A stretch of DNA of 64,000 nt. It comes from Macrostomum lignano (taxonomy: Eukaryota). The translations under genes and the position numbers were made by a program. Location: positions 124,001-188,000 of the forward strand of contig NIVC01002210.1 in NCBI GenBank assembly GCA_002269645.1, in the 5' to 3' direction. Positions within the stretch are counted from its first letter, which is position 1. The number at the start of each line of letters is the position of its first letter. Shown in pieces: positions 23,267-34,732 of this stretch. A model generated the notes under the pieces. The model was not told the origin of the DNA and ran no database searches. It worked only from the letters and a program-made list of their open reading frames with translations.

Positions 23267-26200
23267 CTACTCAGAAGCCGCTGCTGATGAAGCGCCTGCC
23301 GAATCCGCAGCCAGCTTCTCCCGAACAATGACAGTAGAATAATCCCCAGAACCCGGCTGACCGCGGCAGATTTTCAAATCAACTTTGCGCTGCTTGGCCG
23401 AGTCGGACACGATGAGCTCCACTCGATCGCCAGAGCTCAATAGGCCGAATTCGTCTGCCAATGCCAGCTGGCTCACCACCTGCCGGTCAACTTCGTATTT
23501 GATCGACCTGGCGCCGTAGTGATAGTCATACCCGTCGGACAGCGCCTCGACTGCTTCGCCGCTCCAGACCAGATCGATGCCGTGGCGGTCCTTGGCCACG
23601 GCTGCCCACTTGTTGAGCTGCCGGTTGACCAGCTGAGCCAGCTCGGCGGAGTTGAACGGCAGGAAGTAGACGATCTCATTGATTCGGCCAAGGAACTCGT
23701 CGCGGCGGAAGTGACGCTTGAGGATTGGGCGAACTACAGTGTCCTTGAAGTCGCGGCTCACCTGCCAGGTGCGGGAGTTGGGAGATTTTGCTGGTAACAG
23801 GTTATCTAACCGGTGTTTTTGACAGGGCTAATCACAGGTGATCTAACCGGTGTTTTTGACAAGGCTAATAACAGGTGATCTAACTGGTGCTTTTTGACAG
23901 GGCTAACAGGTAATTTAACCGGTTTTTTGACAGGGCTAATAACAGGTGATCTAACCGGTGCTTTTTGCTGAAGAAATAACAGGGATCCAAGCGGTGAATA
24001 AAAACCCGGTGACTCGTATACAACAGGGGATCCAACAGGTACTGAAACAGCAAAATCACCTCGGCCTCGACTTGCAGCTCCCTGCTGCCGGCACCGCCGC
24101 TGCGGCCAGCGCCCCCGGCCGCCTCGGCCTGCCTCAGGCGCTGCCCGTACTCGGCAATTTGATCCGATGCCAAATTCGATGTCATGATGAACACCGCGTC
24201 CTTACAGCTGACCGTGCGACCCTGGCCATCGGTTAGGCGACCTTCGTCGAACAATTGGAGCAGCGTGCTGAGCACGTCCGGATGGGCCTTGTCCACCTCG
24301 TCCAGCAGGACTATGGCCGACGGGCAGCGTTGCAGCGCCTGGGGGATTCAGGGTGATGTAGCGAAAGAATTTCCCAAAAAGGGGGAGGTCGTACGATTCA
24401 CACCGACGAGTGATACGGTTCATACAAACCGTACAACCCGTGTGAGTGTGTGTACATGTATAAGTGCCTGCCTGCGTACAGTATTAGCGCGCTTGTCTGT
24501 GCTTAAGAGTCAGGGGGATGGGTGGAATTGCCGTCAGCGCTGGTTTATGGGGCCCAACATTTTTGCCAATATTTATCTTTTTGAGAGTAGAGAAACGATA
24601 TGTCCTCTCTCCTCTCTTACATCCCCTCTCCCCCTTACACTCTCCTCCTTCCCCTTTCCCCTCTCCTCTTTACCCTCTCCTCCATCCCCTCTACCCTCTC
24701 CTCCTTCCCCTCTACCCTCTCCTCCATTCCCACTCCTCCTTCCCCTAGCTTCCATCCCTTCTCCCCTCTCCTTCCCGTCTCCCCTCACCTCCTTGCCCTC
24801 TACTGTCTCCTCCGTCTCTCCCCTCTCTCCTAATCTCTATAATTCTCTTACGCCTGAAAAATCTTGAAAACCTGAGTTGCTGTTCAATTTTCCTCTGCCA
24901 TCCCTCGCCCAGCATCCTCCCGCCCTGCCTCACCTGTGTCAGCTGGCCGCCGCTCTCGTAGCCAACGTAGCCAGGCGGAGCGCCGATCAACTTGGCGGCT
25001 TCGTGCTTCTCAGCGTATTCGGACATGTCAAGGCGGACGAAGCCGTACGAATTATTGCCGGATTTTTGCTGCTTTTGGAGAGGCGATTGCCGCTGTGACT
25101 GAGTCTGCTGCTGCTGCTGCGCCTGCTGGCTGTCTCGGTTCAGGTAGAGCGATACCTGCGAGGTGCATTGTGAATTACGCTCGTACAATCTCAAATGCTT
25201 AGAAAATCAGCACACCTACCTGAGAGTTCCCATGTCCTCTAAAATCTACGCTCGTACCTGAAATGAAAATCCTCTAGGCATACCCTGAACATTAGGGAAA
25301 ATCCCCAAAAAACCTACTTGAAAGTCACTAACAACCTACGTTAAAAACTCCCAAAGACCTACCTGACAACTCCCCAAAACCTACCTGACAACTCCCCAAA
25401 ACCTACCTGACAACTCCCCAAAACCTACCTGACAACTCCCCAAAACCTACCTGACAACTCCCCAAAACCTACCTGACAACTCCCCAAAACCTACCTGACA
25501 ACTCCCCAAAACCTACCTGACAACTCCCCAAAACCTACCTGACAACTCCCCAAAACCTACCTGACAACTCCCCAAAACCTACCTGACAACTCCCCAAAAC
25601 CTACCTGTCAACTCCCCAAAACCTACCCCAAAACCTACCTGACAACTCCCCAAAACCTACCTGACAACTCCCTAAAACCTACCTGACAACTCCCCAAAAC
25701 CTACCTGACAACTCCCCAAAACCTACCTGACAACTCCCCAAAACCTACCTGACAACTCCCCAAAACCTACCTGACAACTCCCCAAAACCTACCTGACAAC
25801 TCCCCAAAACCTACCTGACAACTCCCCAAAACCTACCCCAAAACCTACCTGACAACTCCCCAAAACCTACCCCAAAACCTACCTGACAACTCCCCAAAAA
25901 CCTACCTGACAACTCCCCCAAACCTACCTGAAACCCCCCAAACCTACCTGTTTAGCCAGCTCAGTCTTGCCCACGCCGGAGCTGCCCAGAAACAGAAACA
26001 CCAGCGGGTGGTCAGCGTCGCCCCAGCCGTTCTCTTTGCGACGGACAGCCGCGGCGACGCATCGAATGGCGGCCTCCTGGCCGACTAGCGACTGGCGCAG
26101 CCGCTGCTCAAGCGGGAACTGGCGACGTGCCCGACGGTCGGCTTCGAGTTCGGCCGACTGCAGCAGCCGGCGGACTTGGCTGGCCTCGGGAGCGTACACT

Positions 26201-29200
26201 GATGGCCGGTGGCCGTCAGCGTTCCGGCTGGATGGACGAGAGGGCGTGCGTGAGGCAGGACAATATTCTCAACAGATTAAGGAGGATTAGTATAGAAGAA
26301 TTGCTCGCTCTAGAGCGTTATGGACAAACATACAAACCTTAGAGATTTAGTATATTTAGACTAGCAATCTTCGCCCCCCGATGGGGGGCACCTAGATAGA
26401 ATCTCTGGCTCTCTACAAGTATCAAAAAGACGGCCAAATAAAGCCTTCACATAGACAATAGAAAAACTGCTCAAATGAAGTGCAATGCAAAAAGAAAACA
26501 TCCCAGGACAGCAAGCAACCCCCCAGATAGCAAGCACCCCCAGATAGCAAGCATCTCCAGATAGCAAGCACCTTCAGATAGCAGGCACTCCAGATAGCAA
26601 GCATCCACCTAATAGCAAGCACCCCAAGATAGCAAGCATCCACCTAATAGCAAGCACCCTTAGATAGCAAGCACCCCCAGATAGCAAGCACACCCAGATA
26701 GCAAGCACCCCCAGATAGCACGCATCTCCAGATAGCAAGCACTCCAAGATAGCAGGCACCCCAGATAGCAAGCATCCACCTAATAGCAAGCACCCCCAGA
26801 TAGCTAGAACCCCCAAGATAGCAAGCACCCCCAGATAGCACGCATCTCCAGATAGCAAGCACTCCAAGATAGCAGGCACCCCAGATAGCAAGCATCCACC
26901 TAATAGCAAGCACCCCAAGATAGCAAGCATCCACCTAATAGCAAGCACCCTTAGATAGCAAGCACCCCCAGATAGCAAGCACCCCCAGATAGCAAGCACC
27001 CCCAGATAGCACGCATCTCCAGATAGCAAGCACCCCCAGATAGCAAGCACCCCCAGATAGCAAGCACCCCCAGATAGCAAGCACCCCCAGATAGCACGCA
27101 TCTCCAGATAGCAAGCACTCCAAGATAGCAGGCACCCCAGATAGCAAGCATCCACCTAATAGCAAGCACCCTTAGATAGCAAGCACCCCCAGATAGCAAG
27201 CACCCCCAGATAGCAAGCACCCCCAGATAGCAAGCACCCCCAAGATAGCAAGCACCCCCAGATAGCACGCATCTCCAGATAGCAAGCACTCCAAGATAGC
27301 AGGCACCCCAGATAGCAAGCATCCACCTAATAGCAAGCACCCCCAGATAGCAAGCACCCCCAGATAGCAAGCAGCCCCAGATAGCAAGCACCCCCAGATA
27401 GCAAGCACCCCCAGATAGCACGCATCTCCAGATAGCAAGCACTCCAAGATAGTAGGCACCCCATTTATGTTTGAAATGGTGCCACTTTTGTTTGACAATG
27501 TGCTTCTTTTATGTTTAGCATTTTGTTTTTAAGATGTTTTAATAAAAAAATTATTTTGCACTACAAGATTCGAACCCAGGTCGCTGAATTAGCAGTCCAG
27601 TCTGTTCGCATCCAGGCTATCTCTTGTCGAGTGGCCCTTATAATTCAATACTTATAGCAAATCGGTTAGAGTAAAAAGTTATGACATAATCAATTTCTCA
27701 GTCAGCCAGTATCAGTCTCAATTTAAGTTAGCAATATGGTTACGCAATTTAAATCAAGTCGTGTGTGCATTTCTTTGGCACTGTTTTCAACTTGCTGTGA
27801 TGCAATCTTTATCAGAATTGAAATTCAGTCAGTCAGTGTTTTCTCTAGCATTCTTACAATGCATTTCAGGTCGAAAGAGCTGCTTGACCTTTGCAGAAAA
27901 TCATGTTTTTCGAATATTTAATCCCTTTAATATTGATCAATTTCTTAGCCAAGATGCATGCACCATCCCAGGAAAATTTCTGATCGAATGGTGCAAGTTT
28001 GAAGAGAATCGGTTGAGCCATTCTCGAAAAAATCAATTACACGCACGCACGCACGAATACAGCGCAAAATTAGTATATAGAAAAGAAAAGAAAAGATAGT
28101 AGATTAAATTAAATTAAATATAGGAAGTAAAAGAGATAAATATTGATTGGGAATTTGAGCAAATAGAGGATATATGGATTGCGGATTTGAGCAAATAGGG
28201 GATAAATATGGATTGGGAATTTGAGCAAATAGAGGATATATGGATTGGGAATTTGAGCAAATAGAGGATATATGGATTGCGGATTTGAGCAAATAGGGGA
28301 TAAATATGGATTGGGAATTTAAGCAAATAGAGGATATATGGATTGGGAATTTGAGCAAATAGGGGATAAATATGGATTGGGAATTTGAGCAAATAGGGGA
28401 TAAATATGGATTGGGAATTTGAGCAAATAGAGGATATATGGATTGCGGATTTGAGCAAATAGGGGATAAATATGGATTGCGGATTTGAGCAAATAGGGGA
28501 TAAATATGGATTGAGGATCTGAGCAAATAGGGGATAAATATGGATTGGGAATTTGAGCAAATAGGGGACAAATATGGATTGGGAATTTGAGCAAATAGGG
28601 GACAAATATGGATTGGGAATTTGAGCAAATAGAGGATAAATATGGATTGCGGATTTGAGCAAATAGGGGATAAATATGGATTGAGGATCTGAGCAAATAG
28701 GGGATAAATATGAATTGGGGATCTGAGCAAATAGGGGATAAATATGGATTGGGAATTTGAGCAAATAGGGGATAAATATGGATTGGGGATCTGAGCAAAT
28801 AGGGGATAAATATGGATTGGGGATCTGAGCAAATAGGGGATAAATATGGATTGGGGATCTGAGCAAATAGGGGATAAATATGGATTGGGGATCTGAGCAA
28901 ATAGGGGATAAATATGGATTGGGGATCTGAGCAAATAGGGGATAAATATGGATTGGGGATCTGAGCAAATAGGGGATAAATATGGATTGGGGATCTGAGC
29001 AAATAGGGGATAAATATGGATTGGGGATCTGAGCAAATAGGGGATAAATATGGATTGGGGATCTGAGCAAATAGGGAATAAATATGGATTGGGGATCTGA
29101 GCAAATAGGGGATAAATATGGATTGAGAATTTGAGCAAATAGGGGATAAATATGGATTGGGGATCTGAGCAAAAATGGATTTTGTGTCAGAGCAAATAAG

Positions 29201-30606
29201 GAATAAATTGGAATAAATATCGATTGGTATCAGGATGTTATAGACAATAAAACATGCATAGCAATTTATACTGCCAATAAAGCCTTACATAGTCGGATCG
29301 GCTTTAGCCTCCAGCAGCAGCTGCACCATAGCAACTGAGTCAATCAGGGCGGCATAGTGCAACGGAGTGCATCCAACAAAAGTAGCGCCGTGATTGAGCC
29401 GCTCGCTGAACTCTGCGCTCCGCAGGCTGCTCACTTCGGCCGAGTTAGCGCCCAGCCGGGCGGCCACCGAGAAGGCGCCCGAGAATGTGTCCGACGCGTT
29501 CGGATCCGCACCCATGCTTAGCAACAGCCTGGCAACCAGTGACGGGACAGATGGTTTGGAGATTAATCGGACAGGTGGATTAGATTCGGAAAGATGGATA
29601 AGAGATTCGGACAGATGGATTAGCTTTAGATAGATGAATGAATTAGAGATTTGGACAGGTGGATTAGAGATTCGGACAGGTGGATTAGAGATTTGGACAG
29701 GTGGATTAGAGATTCGGACAGGTGGATTAGAGATTCGGACAGGTGGATTAGAGATTCGGACAGGTGGATTAGAGATTTGGACAGGTGGATTAGAGATTTG
29801 GACAGGTGGATTAGAGATTTGGACAGGTGGATTAGAGATTCGGACAGGTGGATTAGAGATTCGGACAGGTGGGATTAGAGATTCGGACAGGTGGATTAGA
29901 GATTTGGACAGGTGGATTAGAGATTCGGACAGGTGGATTAGAGATTCGGACAGGTGGATTAGAGATTCGGACAGGTGGGATTAGAGATTTGGACAGGTGG
30001 ATTAGAGATTCGGACAGGTGGATTAGAGATTCGGACAGGTGGATTAGAGATTCGGACAGGTGGATTAGAGATTCGGACAGGTGGATTAGAGATTCGGACA
30101 GGGGAATAAAGGATTCGGACATCAAATAATTACCTGGCAACTTCCTCGTGCCCGTTGACAACAGCCGCAGCCAGGGCAGTCCAGCCCAGCCTGTGCCTCG
30201 CATTGGCCAATCGCCTCTCAGGATCCCCATCGCTATCCCGCGAGCCCAGCTGGTTTCGGCGCACCATCCGATGCCGCAGAATCAACTGCTGCACTTTGTT
30301 GGCGTCGCCAAGCCGACAGAATCTGAGCAGCTCGTCCTCATCGGCTTGCGAATTTTTGTCGCCATCATCGGCTCTGGCCACGGCGCTTCCGGCTGCTCCC
30401 CCGAGCAGGACGGCCATCGCGACCACCGGCCGGCGAGGCTGCTGACGATGCTCATAACGGTGTCGACGATGATCCCGGCTGGACTGACTAGCGTCGGTTT
30501 GAGTCGTCGGTTGAGCAGTCAGCAGCCGGCTGAGACGTCGGCACCAGGTGGCCGACACCAGTAGCTGAGACTGGGTAGCAGCAGATCTTGCCGTGCCAAT
30601 AATCAT
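23267..30606 (-). CDS. CLPB: Mitochondrial CLPB/Skd3 (ankyrin + AAA+ disaggregase); exons 30606(or 30624)-30134, 29528-29289, 26227-25948, 25155-24934, 24338-24060, 23761-23267
   Basis: RHRLGWTAL and GCTPLHYA ankyrin motifs; FPLEQRL; Walker A GSSGVGKT; RLDMSEY; pore loop PPGYVG; Walker B LLDEVDK; FDEGRLTDG; EFLGRINE; GARSI. Phases are consistent. Confidence 0.95.
23790..24050. repeat. Intronic ~38-bp minisatellite (CAGGTGATCTAACCGGTG core)
   Basis: Inside the last CLPB intron. Confidence 0.85.
25356..25947 (-). repeat. 22-bp intronic minisatellite, each unit carrying CAG|GTAGGT
   Basis: Plus-strand unit CTACCTGACAACTCCCCAAAAC, ~27 copies, starting at the CLPB donor. Confidence 0.95.
26510..27465. 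repeat. 17-19-bp minisatellite CCCCAGATAGCAAGCAC with higher-order variants
   Basis: Inside Helitron-like element 3. Confidence 0.95.
27557..27625 (-). pseudogene. tRNA-derived pseudogene or SINE head (anticodon loop CTGCTAA, GCT)
   Basis: Minus strand TAGCCTGG (A-box-like), CTGGA-CTGCTAA-TTCAG anticodon arm and GGTTCGAATC B-box; acceptor and T stems do not pair properly. Confidence 0.5.
28120..29175. repeat. 34-bp intronic minisatellite TATGGATTGGGGATCTGAGCAAATAGGGGATAAA
   Basis: ~30 copies. Confidence 0.95.
29640..30120. repeat. 21-bp intronic minisatellite GGATTAGAGATTCGGACAGGT
   Basis: CLPB first intron. Confidence 0.95.
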
Positions 30607-30644
30607 GCAGTTTATTAAGTGCATCTCTATTGAGCATTAGGGAG

Positions 30645-31240
30645 TGTGTACATTGGCAGTAGGGTTCAGGGTCAGGGAGTGTACATTGGCAGTGGGGGTT
30701 CAGGGTCAGGGAGTGTACATTAGCAGTGGGGGCTCAGGGGTCAGGGAGTGTACATTGGCAGTGGGGTTCAGGGTCAGGGAGTGTGTACATTGGCAGTGGG
30801 GTTCAGGGTCAGGGAGTGTACATTGGCAGTGGGGGCTCAGGGGTCAGGGAGTGTACATTGGCAGTGGGGTTCAGGGTCAGGGAGTGTGTACATTGGCAGT
30901 GGGGGTTCAGGGTCAGGGAGTGTACATTGGCAGTGGGGGTTCAGGGTCAGGGAGTGTACATTGGCAGTGGGGTTCAGGGTCAGGGAGTGTGTACATTGGC
31001 AGTGGGGGTTCAGGGTCAGGGAGTGTACATTGGCAGTGGGGTTCAGGGTCAGGGAGTGTACATTGGCAGTGGGGGCTCAGGGTCAGGGAGTGTGTACATT
31101 GGCAGTGGGGTTCAGGGGTCAGGGAGTGTACATTGGCAGTGGGGGTTCAGGGTCAGGGAGTGTGTACATTGGCAGTGGGGTTCAGGGTCAGGGAGCGTAC
31201 ATTGGCAGTGGGGTTCAGGGGTCAGGGAGTGTACATGTCA
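30645..31240. repeat. 30-33-bp G-rich minisatellite between NUFIP1 and CLPB
   Basis: CAGGGAGTGTACATTGGCAGTGGGGTTCAGGGT. Confidence 0.95.
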
Positions 31241-31544
31241 GTGGGAGCCTGTCGAGGTTAAACTGTGAGCCAAGTGATGGAATGACAGCAAAAATTAGTT
31301 AACAATAAGGACACAATTTAGTCATAAATGCAACCATTCACTAAGATTGAAAATAATGGAACAGTTGTATTTGTCAAACAAGTAAGCGAGGACAGACTTA
31401 GGCACAAATTTTCACGAAGTTGACGATTGATAGATAATACGGCACTAATGCAGAAATGGAGAGGGAAATGCATTGTGACAATAATAACAAGATTTTATTA
31501 TCAAGTGACAGTCGGACTTCTTTTTGACTTGCTAATTTTTTAAA

Positions 31545-34500
31545 TTAACTAGACGCTTCATCACATCCAGCTTCATCTCCATCTTCATCGGTAGCCATAT
31601 CAGCTTCCTCATCTGCAGCCTCCCATTCGACATCATCGCAATCGAATTCTGGGGCTGCATCATCCACTTTGGCGTCATCAGTTTCAGCTGCCGCCCCAGC
31701 ATCAGTGCGGTGGGCTGGGGCAGCTGACTTGTCAATAGTTGGCGCATCGCTATTCAAGAAATCCGTAGAGCAGACGTAGCGCACGCATTGGAACAGCAGA
31801 TTGCGTTCGTGGCGAATGTGCCGAGACAGCAGCATCTCTAGTAGGGCTGGCCGCCTCAGGCGCATTGCTGGCTCCTGCGTGTTATAAAATGCTTCTCCTT
31901 TTAGAAGTGGACGGGGGATAGAAAGAAATAGATCCTCATCTATGGGAATAGAGGGGATATGGGAGAATAGATAGGGATAAAGGAAAAAATGTGGATAGAG
32001 GCGATAGATGGGGACAGAGGGGGAAAGAGGGGAATAGAGGAAAAAATAGGGGGGATAAGAGGGAATAGAGGGATAAAGAATAGAGGAAAGAGAGGTTTTA
32101 GACGGAGATAGAGAGGGGTAGAGAGGAATAAAGGAGGGTACATAGGGATAGGGGGGATAGAGAGGGTTAGGAAGGATTAAAGGAAGATAGAGGGGTAGAG
32201 TGGGATAAAAAGGGGTAGAGGGGGATAGAGGGGGGTAAAAGAGGGATAGAGGGGGATATAGAAGGGGTAGCGGGGTAGAGGGGGGTAGAGGAGGGGTAGA
32301 GGGGGATAGAGGGGGTAAAAGAGGGATAAAGGGGGGTAGAGAAGGGGTAGAGGGGGATAGAGGGGAATAGAGGAGGGGTAGAGGAGGGTAGAGGGGGATA
32401 GAGGGGGTAAAAGAGGGATAGAGGGGGATAGAGAAGGGGTAGAGGGGGGTAGAGGGGAATAGAGGAGGGGTAGAGGAGGGGTAGAGGAGGGTCGAGGGGG
32501 ATAGAGGGGTAAAAGAGGGATAGAGGGGGATAAAGGAGGGGTAGAGAGGGGTAGAGGAGGGGTAGAGGGGGATAGAGGAGGGGTAGAGGGGGATAGAGGA
32601 GGGGTAGAGGGGGATAGAGGAGGGGTAGAGGGGGATAGAGGAGGGGTAGAGGGGGTAAGGGAGGATAGAGGGGAAAAGTGGGAGTGAGTCGCAAAAATCC
32701 CGGCAAACAGATGAAATAGTCACAGGCGCAGGAGGGGCACTGTACACGAGACGCAGACGCACCTGCATCAGCCGCTCCCGACGACGATGAAGCATCAGCG
32801 CGGCATCAACGTGCCGTCGCGACTGACCGCAGCTCAATGATTCGACGGGGCCGCCCTCTGGCCGCTGTTTGTCCTTCTCTTTCTCAATCGAGTCATCCAG
32901 ATCGGCCTCAGTGGAGTCGGCAGACATGGAAGCTGATGAAGCATAGTTGGCAGCCAGACTGCTCAGCACAGTTGGCGGAGCGTCGGCTTCGGGATCTTCG
33001 ACATCGCCGATGAGCATCTCAGTCTTGCCATCGGGATTGTCGACGCCAGCATTCCGGGTGCCAGCGTCGTCATCGTCAGATTCGGACTCGACCAGACAGG
33101 CCGACAGAGGGTCGCGATGTCGGGCATCGGCTTCGCCGTCGGCGGCGCCAAACTCGGCTGCATTGGCCGAGCTGAGGATCTGGGAAGATGGTGGCTGAGT
33201 ATGAGGATCTGGGAAGATGGTAGCTGAGTATGAGGATCTGGAAGATGGTGGCTCAGTATGAGGATCTGGGAAGATGGTAGCTGAGTATGAGGATCTGGAA
33301 GATGGTGGCTCAGTATGAGGATCTGGGAAGATGGTAGCTAGAGTGCCGGTACCTGCTGATGCGAACCTCTGCCGCCTCGATGCTGACCCCAGCCACGACC
33401 GCCGCCGGCCCCGCGTCCTCGCCAGCCGCCGCCGCCTCTGCCGCCCATCCGGCCAAACTGCCGCTGCTGCACAACTTCGCCGCGCGCCTCTCGCGCCGCC
33501 GCCTCGCGTCGTTTCGCTTCGGCCCGTTCGGCTGTTGGGAAATTTTTGCGCCTCTCCCGACGCCAAGTGTCGCAATCGGCCTGCAAAATCTGATTGGCCA
33601 AGCCGGTGCGGTGCTGGTGCACAAAGTGCAGCTCAATCAGCTCCTGGCTGGCTGTGAACGGGCAGTCGGCCACCCAGCACTTGGCGTGCTCCGATTTGTG
33701 CCGCTCCAGCTCCGACTCGCTGCGGAAGTCGCGGTTGCAGCAGTGCCAGGGCGACACCTCTGCGGCGCCTCCTCGATCTCCGCCCACGCCTCTGCCTCTG
33801 CCGCTGCCTCGGCCGCGACCGCGAGAGAAGGCGAAGCCACGGCCTCTGTCGTTGAAGCGGTGCTGCTGATGATGCTGATGCTGCTGCTGTTGGTGATGCT
33901 GCACGTGACTGGTTCCTATATAATTATTATAATACAATATTGTCTTTACGAAATCTGCTTTAAGACAATGCTATTTAATTGATTGGGAAATCAAAAGCAG
34001 TAGTAGCCCAGGAACTGAGGATCTCAGAGGCCGGACTATCAACTCGGGATCTTGGAGGCTGGCCCTGCAACTGAGGATATGGGAGGCTGGCCCAGCAACT
34101 GAGGATCTGGGAGGCTGGCCCAGCAGCTGAGGATCTGGGAGGCTGGCCCAGCAACTGGGGATCTGGGAGGCTGGCCCAGCAACTGGGGATCTGGGAGGCT
34201 GGCCCAGCAACTGGGGATCTGGGAGGCTGGCCCAGCAACTGACGATCTGGGAGGCTGGCCCAGCAACTGGGGATCTGGGAGGCTGGCCCAGCAACTGGGG
34301 ATCTGGGAGGCTGGCCCAGCAGCTGGGGATCTGGGAGGCTGGCCCAGCAACTGGGGATCTGGGAGGCTGACCCAGCAACTGGGGATCTGGGAGGCTGGCC
34401 CAGCAACTGACATTCTGGGAGGCTGGCCCAGCAACTGATACTCTCAGAGGCTAGCCCAGCAACTGACACTCTGGGAAGGTGGCAGACAGCTCAAGGGTCT

Positions 34501-34732
34501 GGGTGAGCAAGTTGTAAGTTAAAACCCCTGAGTTACCTGCAGCAAAATGTGGTCGACCAAAGCCGCCGCCAAGGAATGTGGATGGAGCAAAGCTGTTCTG
34601 CATGCCAGAGAAGCCGCCAGCTGCACTGGGAGGGCGAAATGGAGGAGTCGGCAGCAGTGGTGGCCTGGATGCGCCACCCCAAAGGGTGGCGGCTGAAGGC
34701 AGAGCTGATTGAGTATAATGAGATGATGGATG
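31545..34732 (-). CDS. NUFIP1: NUFIP1/Rsa1 box C/D snoRNP assembly factor; exons 34732-34537, 33915-33353, 33179-32763, 31874-31545 (start codon unresolved)
   Basis: Two C2H2-type fingers (CCNRDF...H...H; CWVADC...H...H) followed by WRRERRKNFPT; C-terminal RPALLEMLLSRHIRHERNLLFQCVRY. Phases are consistent. Confidence 0.9.
31910..32690. repeat. GA-rich (GAGGGGATA) low-complexity intron of NUFIP1
   Basis: Polypurine on + strand, polypyrimidine on the sense strand. Confidence 0.9.
33180..33340 (-). repeat. 28/29-bp intronic repeat containing the NUFIP1 acceptor motif
   Basis: Sense-strand CCATCTTCC(C)AG|ATCCTC repeated ~6 times; the last copy is the true acceptor. Confidence 0.85.
34010..34470. 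repeat. 28-bp intronic minisatellite GGGGATCTGGGAGGCTGGCCCAGCAACT
   Basis: NUFIP1 intron. Confidence 0.95.

Larger units (their letters stand above)
26361..28081 (-). mobile_element. Non-autonomous Helitron-like element 3, inside a CLPB intron
   Basis: Minus-strand 5' TCTATATACTAAT + (GTGC)n + AACCGATT; same minisatellite family as element 2; perfect hairpin GCCCCCC-ATC-GGGGGGC then GAAGATTGCTAG|T. Confidence 0.7.

Noticed and set aside
27557-27625. Functional tRNA-Ser(GCT)
   Set aside because: Acceptor and T stems are mispaired and there is no long variable arm; kept only as a pseudogene or SINE head.
26422-29172. Many overlapping Cys/Leu- or Ile/Pro-rich ORFs
   Set aside because: Minisatellite artefacts inside a CLPB intron.
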